Assembly (NCBI RefSeq): GCF_963921235.1
Contig: NC_086109.1
Span: 11,470,001-11,534,000, forward strand
Reading direction: 5' to 3'
Length of the DNA: 64,000 bases
Source of the DNA: Mobula hypostoma
Lineage: Eukaryota
Below, in pieces: positions 61,101 to 64,000 of the stretch. The position numbers and the translations under genes are program-made. Positions within the stretch are counted from its first letter, which is position 1; each line of letters opens with the position of its first letter. The notes under the pieces are model-generated. The model did no database searches. It saw only the letters and a list, made by a program, of their open reading frames with translations, and was not told where the DNA came from.

Positions 61101-63519
61101 CCCAATGAGACCACGCAGCCCAATTGCACCCATGTAACCAATTAACCTACGAACATGTATGCCTTTAGAATCTGGGACGAAACCAGAGCACGTGGAGGAA
61201 ACACACACAGTCACAAGGTGAACGAACAAACTTTTTACAGACAGTATCGGGAATTGAACCTGGATTGCTAGTGCTGTAATAGTGATATGTAGAATGTTAA
61301 ATAGTACAGCACAGTGGAGACAGTGGCGAAATTGAACCTGGATTACTAGCATTGTAATAGCATTGCATTGCACATAGAACACTACAGTACCATACAGATC
61401 CTTTGGCCCACCATATTGTGCCAAGATTTTAATCTACTCGAAGATCAATCTAACCCTACACAGCCCTCCATTTTTTTCCGTATCATCAATGTGTCTATCT
61501 AAGGGTTTCTTAAATGTCTCTTATGTACCTGCTCTACCATCAATCCTGGCAGGGCATTCCATGCATCACCCAGTTTAAGTTTAAAAATAATCTACTGCTG
61601 ACAGCCCCCCTATTCCTTCCACCAATAACCTTAAAATTATGCCCCTTGTATCAGCCAATTCAGCACTGGGAAGAAGTCCCCAACTGTCCACGTGATCAAT
61701 GCCTCTTATTATCTTGTGCACCTCTATTATGTCACCTCTCATCATCCTTCAGTCCAAAGCGAAGAGCCCTGGCTCTTGAGGGTCAAGAGGGACCTTGGGG
61801 TTCAAATCCATACATCCCTCAAGGTCGCTGCACAGGTTGATAGGATAGTTAAGAAGGCCTATTGGGATGCTAGGCTTCATTAATAGGGGGATTGAGTTCA
61901 AGAGTAGGGAGGTCATGTTGCAAATCTACAAATCTCTGGTGAGACCATACTTGGAGTATTGTGTTCAGTTCTGGTCACCTCATTATAGGAAAGATGTGGA
62001 AGCTATGGAGAGGGTGCAGAGGAGATTCACCAGGACGTTACCTGGATTGGAAAACAAGTCTTATGAGGCAAGGTTAGCAGAGCTGCGACTTTTCTCTTTG
62101 GAGCGTAGAAGGATGAGAGAGGACTTGATAGAGGTCTACAAGATTATGAGAGGCATAGATAGGGTGGATAGCCAGTACCTGTTTCCCAGGGCACAAATAG
62201 CAAAGGCCAGAGGGCATATGTACAAAATTTAGGGAGGGACGTTTAGGGGAGACATCAGGGGTAAGTTTTTTATACAGAGGGTTGTGGGTGCCTGGAATGA
62301 CTTGCCAGGGATGGTGGTAGACTTTAAAACGTTAGGGGTATTTAAGAGCCTCTTGGACAGGCACATGGATGAAAGAAAAATAGAGGGTTACGGGGTAGTG
62401 TGGGTTTAGTACTTTTTTTTAGGAATATATGGGTTGGCACAACATCAAGGGCCGAAGGGCCTGTACTGTGCTGTAGTATTCTAGTGTCTAGTGTCTAGTG
62501 ACTCGCTCGACCCATCTTTGTACAACATGTCTAATCCAGGCAGGAGCCTGGTAAATCTCCACGAACCATAACACTACCATGCTGATAATTTATAGAATCT
62601 CAACAAAGTATTTCCATAAACACGCTTCATGTAACTTAATCTCTGCTCATTTCACCAGATCAATGGCTAATTATTTTTACACCATAAAATGAAGCCATTT
62701 CAGCCCTATGGGTCTATGCAGTTTCATTTCCCACCAGTCCTTACAAAGAGCTGCTAAAGACTAAATGGACCAAATAGTCTCCCACCATACCAAACCCAGT
62801 CTATAATCTCATTTTCTGACATGATGGCCCTCAATTCTTAATGGACTAGACAGTCATTAGTGCATTGCCTATTCTGGAAGTTTGCAATACACAAATTGAC
62901 TGTTGGGTTGTCTGCACAACTTTGCACTTCAAAAGCACTTCGTTGATTGTGAAGTGTCTTGTGAAATTTTTATAGACCTGTAGATCAAGAACCATAGAAA
63001 CAGGTCCTTCAGCTCACTGAGTCTGTGCAGACCATAAAACACTCACTTCCATGAATCCCTTTCTCTTCTCCTCGCGCTCCCATCAATACCACCTAGATAC
63101 TCACCTACAATTTACCACGGACAATTATCCCACCACGCTGTACATCTTTGGGATGTGGGACAGTGGGGTAATTCGAACACTCGGAGGAAACCCACACAAG
63201 GAGACATACCACGCCAAAGCAATGGAGGATAGATTGGGTCAAAAGCAAACCCTCTGTGCTACACGTACTCCGTAGAGTTTCTTTGCTAAATGCTCCCCCA
63301 CAACTTTGTTTCAGCTCACTACACCTCATCTTGAAAAGTAAAATTGATTGTCATCTTTCCTGATCCCTGTTGCGTATTCTCAACGGTAGTGTTTCAGCAC
63401 ATCTGGTTAGTATTAAGAATTCCTTGGGTTGTATATAACTAGATGCTATAGTTCAATATATGAGATAAGAAAGTCTTACTTGAGATCACAGAGAGCAATA
63501 GCAGAGGAGCAAACAGCAT
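34053..63519 (-). CDS. Gene B: CD300/pIgR-like two-Ig-V-domain receptor, membrane (ITIM-bearing) isoform
   Basis: Phase-compatible chain: leader 63480-63519, V1 60700-61011, V2 57430-57741, stalk 55494-55524, TM 37213-37302, Cy1 36526-36611, Cy2 34317-34336 (or 34335-34357), Cy3 34053-34184. The 5' four exons are secure. Joining them to the tail exons is inferred from phase and from the absence of any other Ig exon in between. Confidence 0.72.
34317..34336 (-). CDS. Gene B candidate cytoplasmic micro-exon (D-VRKALR)
   Basis: tttattttctctttatag|AC GTA AGA AAA GCT CTT AGG|gtttgt, phase 1 to 0 as required. An alternative 23-nt exon (34335-34357, gttcacag|...GAC|gtaaga) also fits. Confidence 0.45.
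34618..35770 (+). mobile_element. hAT (Buster/Charlie-like) non-autonomous element carrying a CR1 3' end
   Basis: TIRs CAG(C/G)GG(C/T)CCCCAAC; 8-bp TSD tgcTAgat/tgcTAgag; dimerisation remnant FWIKVKAEYPEVATKALKTLLPF. Confidence 0.88.
36526..36611 (-). CDS. Gene B first cytoplasmic exon (S-GTKEVMKAANQELNEGVQKQTKPSCFSI)
   Basis: tgtttttctttgaaag|T...ATA G|gtacag; 86 nt; only the phase-2 frame is open end to end, matching the TM exon donor. Confidence 0.62.
37213..37302 (-). CDS. Gene B transmembrane exon (R-KPRPSQWHVLLAVALSALFLLLITAIIIL)
   Basis: ctttgtcatattctgcag|G...CTC AG|gtagga; 90 nt, phase 2-2, with a 21-residue hydrophobic run. Missed by the ORF track because this frame has no ATG. 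Confidence 0.75.
41697..42396 (+). repeat. G-rich minisatellite, about 36 units of 16-22 bp (G5-10 TGTGCAGTGTCC)
   Basis: Counted directly; unit length varies through the G-run; explains the low-complexity ORFs at 41530-42614. Confidence 0.97.
42398..42715 (+). mobile_element. CR1 3' end with (TTATATGG)n tail
   Basis: KIQTRGHGLRIRGQKFRGNMRGNFFTQRV followed by 3' UTR and tail. Confidence 0.85.
46260..51160 (+). mobile_element. Stack of several CR1 ORF2/3' fragments inside the gene B long intron (antisense to the gene)
   Basis: ORFs 46319..46762, 47342..48077, 48106..48975 (RT: HGFLKGKSCLTNL, YLDFQKAF), 49123..49695, 49864..50289; tails at about 48150-48170 and 51150. Confidence 0.88.
51228..52420 (-). 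mobile_element. Second copy of the hAT/CR1 composite non-autonomous element
   Basis: Perfect 8-bp TSD ttcTAatg (51220-51227 and 52421-52428); same internal layout as 34618-35770, inverted. Confidence 0.9.
52877..52912 (-). terminator. Two tandem AATAAA signals downstream of the putative secretory exon
   Basis: tttatt at 52877-52882 and 52907-52912, within an imperfect ~30-bp repeat (gtgacactgagaaatgcattttatt). Confidence 0.6.
53080..53218 (-). CDS. Gene B putative secretory terminal exon (S-GLEHITLISHTSTGSATVPRCGHKLENQHSTIRLLDTPCHNTTSH*)
   Basis: Strong acceptor tttctttctttctttctttacacag|T; the phase-2 frame matching the stalk donor is open for 45 codons to TGA; hydrophilic, two Cys, NTT sequon; AATAAA pair about 170-200 nt downstream. 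Confidence 0.62.
55494..55524 (-). CDS. Gene B 31-nt stalk exon (ETPEDSKDNK)
   Basis: Paralogous to 6601-6631; catcag|AA...AAA AG|gtgag; phase 1 to 2. Confidence 0.8.
57430..57741 (-). CDS. Gene B Ig V2 exon
   Basis: 312 nt, phase 1-1; 7 amino-acid differences from gene A V2; ORF track 57398..57715. Confidence 0.92.
59452..60230 (-). mobile_element. Orthologous Tc1 copy in gene B, truncated by a deletion of about 1.13 kb
   Basis: Matches 10545-11328, then jumps to sequence matching about 12460. Confidence 0.85.
60700..61011 (-). CDS. Gene B Ig V1 exon
   Basis: 312 nt, phase 1-1; MEC...AWCKAYSPEQC...DSGIYWCG; ORF track 60689..61006. Confidence 0.92.
61776..62480 (+). mobile_element. Gene-B-specific CR1 3' fragment in intron 1
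   Basis: ORF 61867..62232 (LVRPYLEYCVQFWSPHY), (TAGTGTC)n tail; absent from the paralogous position at about 13735. Confidence 0.85.
63480..63519 (-). CDS. Gene B leader exon MLFAPLLLLSVIS
   Basis: ATG...TCA A|gtaag, paralogous to 14694-14733. Confidence 0.85.
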
Positions 63520-64000
63520 TGTTCCAGTGATGGTTCTCAGTTTCCAGTGACTGTGTCTACAATATACACTTCCTCCTCTTTTTTGAAAGGATCTGTCATG
63601 GATTGCACCATTTCCTCTTAAATTAGCAAATACCTTTGCAATGTGACACAGAAAAAGGGACATTAACAGATGTCCTTTTTCACATGTTAACGTATATATT
63701 GTTAAAAGTTTTCAGTTTGGGGAGACAGGAAGATGACTCTTAACTGAATATAAGTACACACAGAGGCTAGAAGATCTGCTAAAAAAACAGCATTACCTTC
63801 ATCCTATACAAAATGCTGTAAGAACTCAGCAGACCTGGCAGCAGCCATGGAAAAGAGTCAAAAGTTGATGTTTCAGGCGCTTCATCCGGACTCAAGATTA
63901 AGGATCTCTTTTCTATGGATGCTGCCTGGCCTGCTGAGTTCCTCCAACATTTTGTGTGAGTTGCTTGGATTTCCAGCATCTGCATGTTTTCTCTTGTTTG

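Larger units (their letters stand above)
54540..64000 (+). repeat. Segmental duplication: direct copy of about 5660-16170
   Basis: Collinear sequence including introns and shared TE insertions (CR1, Tc1, Rex remnants); roughly 80-97% identity in patches by eye; continues to the window edge. Confidence 0.95.

Noticed and set aside
1-64000. Prokaryotic-type systems (CRISPR arrays, operons, rRNA or tRNA genes) and V(D)J recombination signal sequences
   Set aside because: None seen. The sequence is intron- and retroelement-rich eukaryotic DNA, and the V exons end in ordinary GT donors with complete G strands, so they are non-rearranging.

Overview
Repeat-rich vertebrate genomic DNA. A cartilaginous fish, probably a ray or skate, is inferred from the CR1, Penelope-derived, Rex1/Babar, Tc1, hAT and Gypsy repeat landscape. 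The window holds two tandem minus-strand paralogues of a CD300/pIgR-like (skate MDIR-like) receptor with two Ig V domains, reconstructed by hand from splice sites and exon phases. Gene A (14733 to <978): leader, V1, V2, 31-nt stalk exon, neutral TM exon; the cytoplasmic exons are not securely seen. Gene B (63519 to 34053): leader, V1, V2 and stalk, then either (i) a phase-compatible terminal exon at 53080-53218 with tandem AATAAA signals (predicted secreted form) or (ii) 18 kb further on, a different TM exon and three cytoplasmic exons with one intact ITIM (VVYASV) and a second ITIM broken by a TGA (VVY*VV). The distal V1 domains of A and B are about 50% identical, while V2 is about 93% identical. 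The ectodomain block of about 10 kb appears duplicated onto a different tail, with the breakpoint in a CR1 copy. A gene-A-specific LTR with a 4-bp TSD sits 237 bp upstream of the ATG and contains a 142-N gap. All gene models and percentages are manual and lack transcript support.
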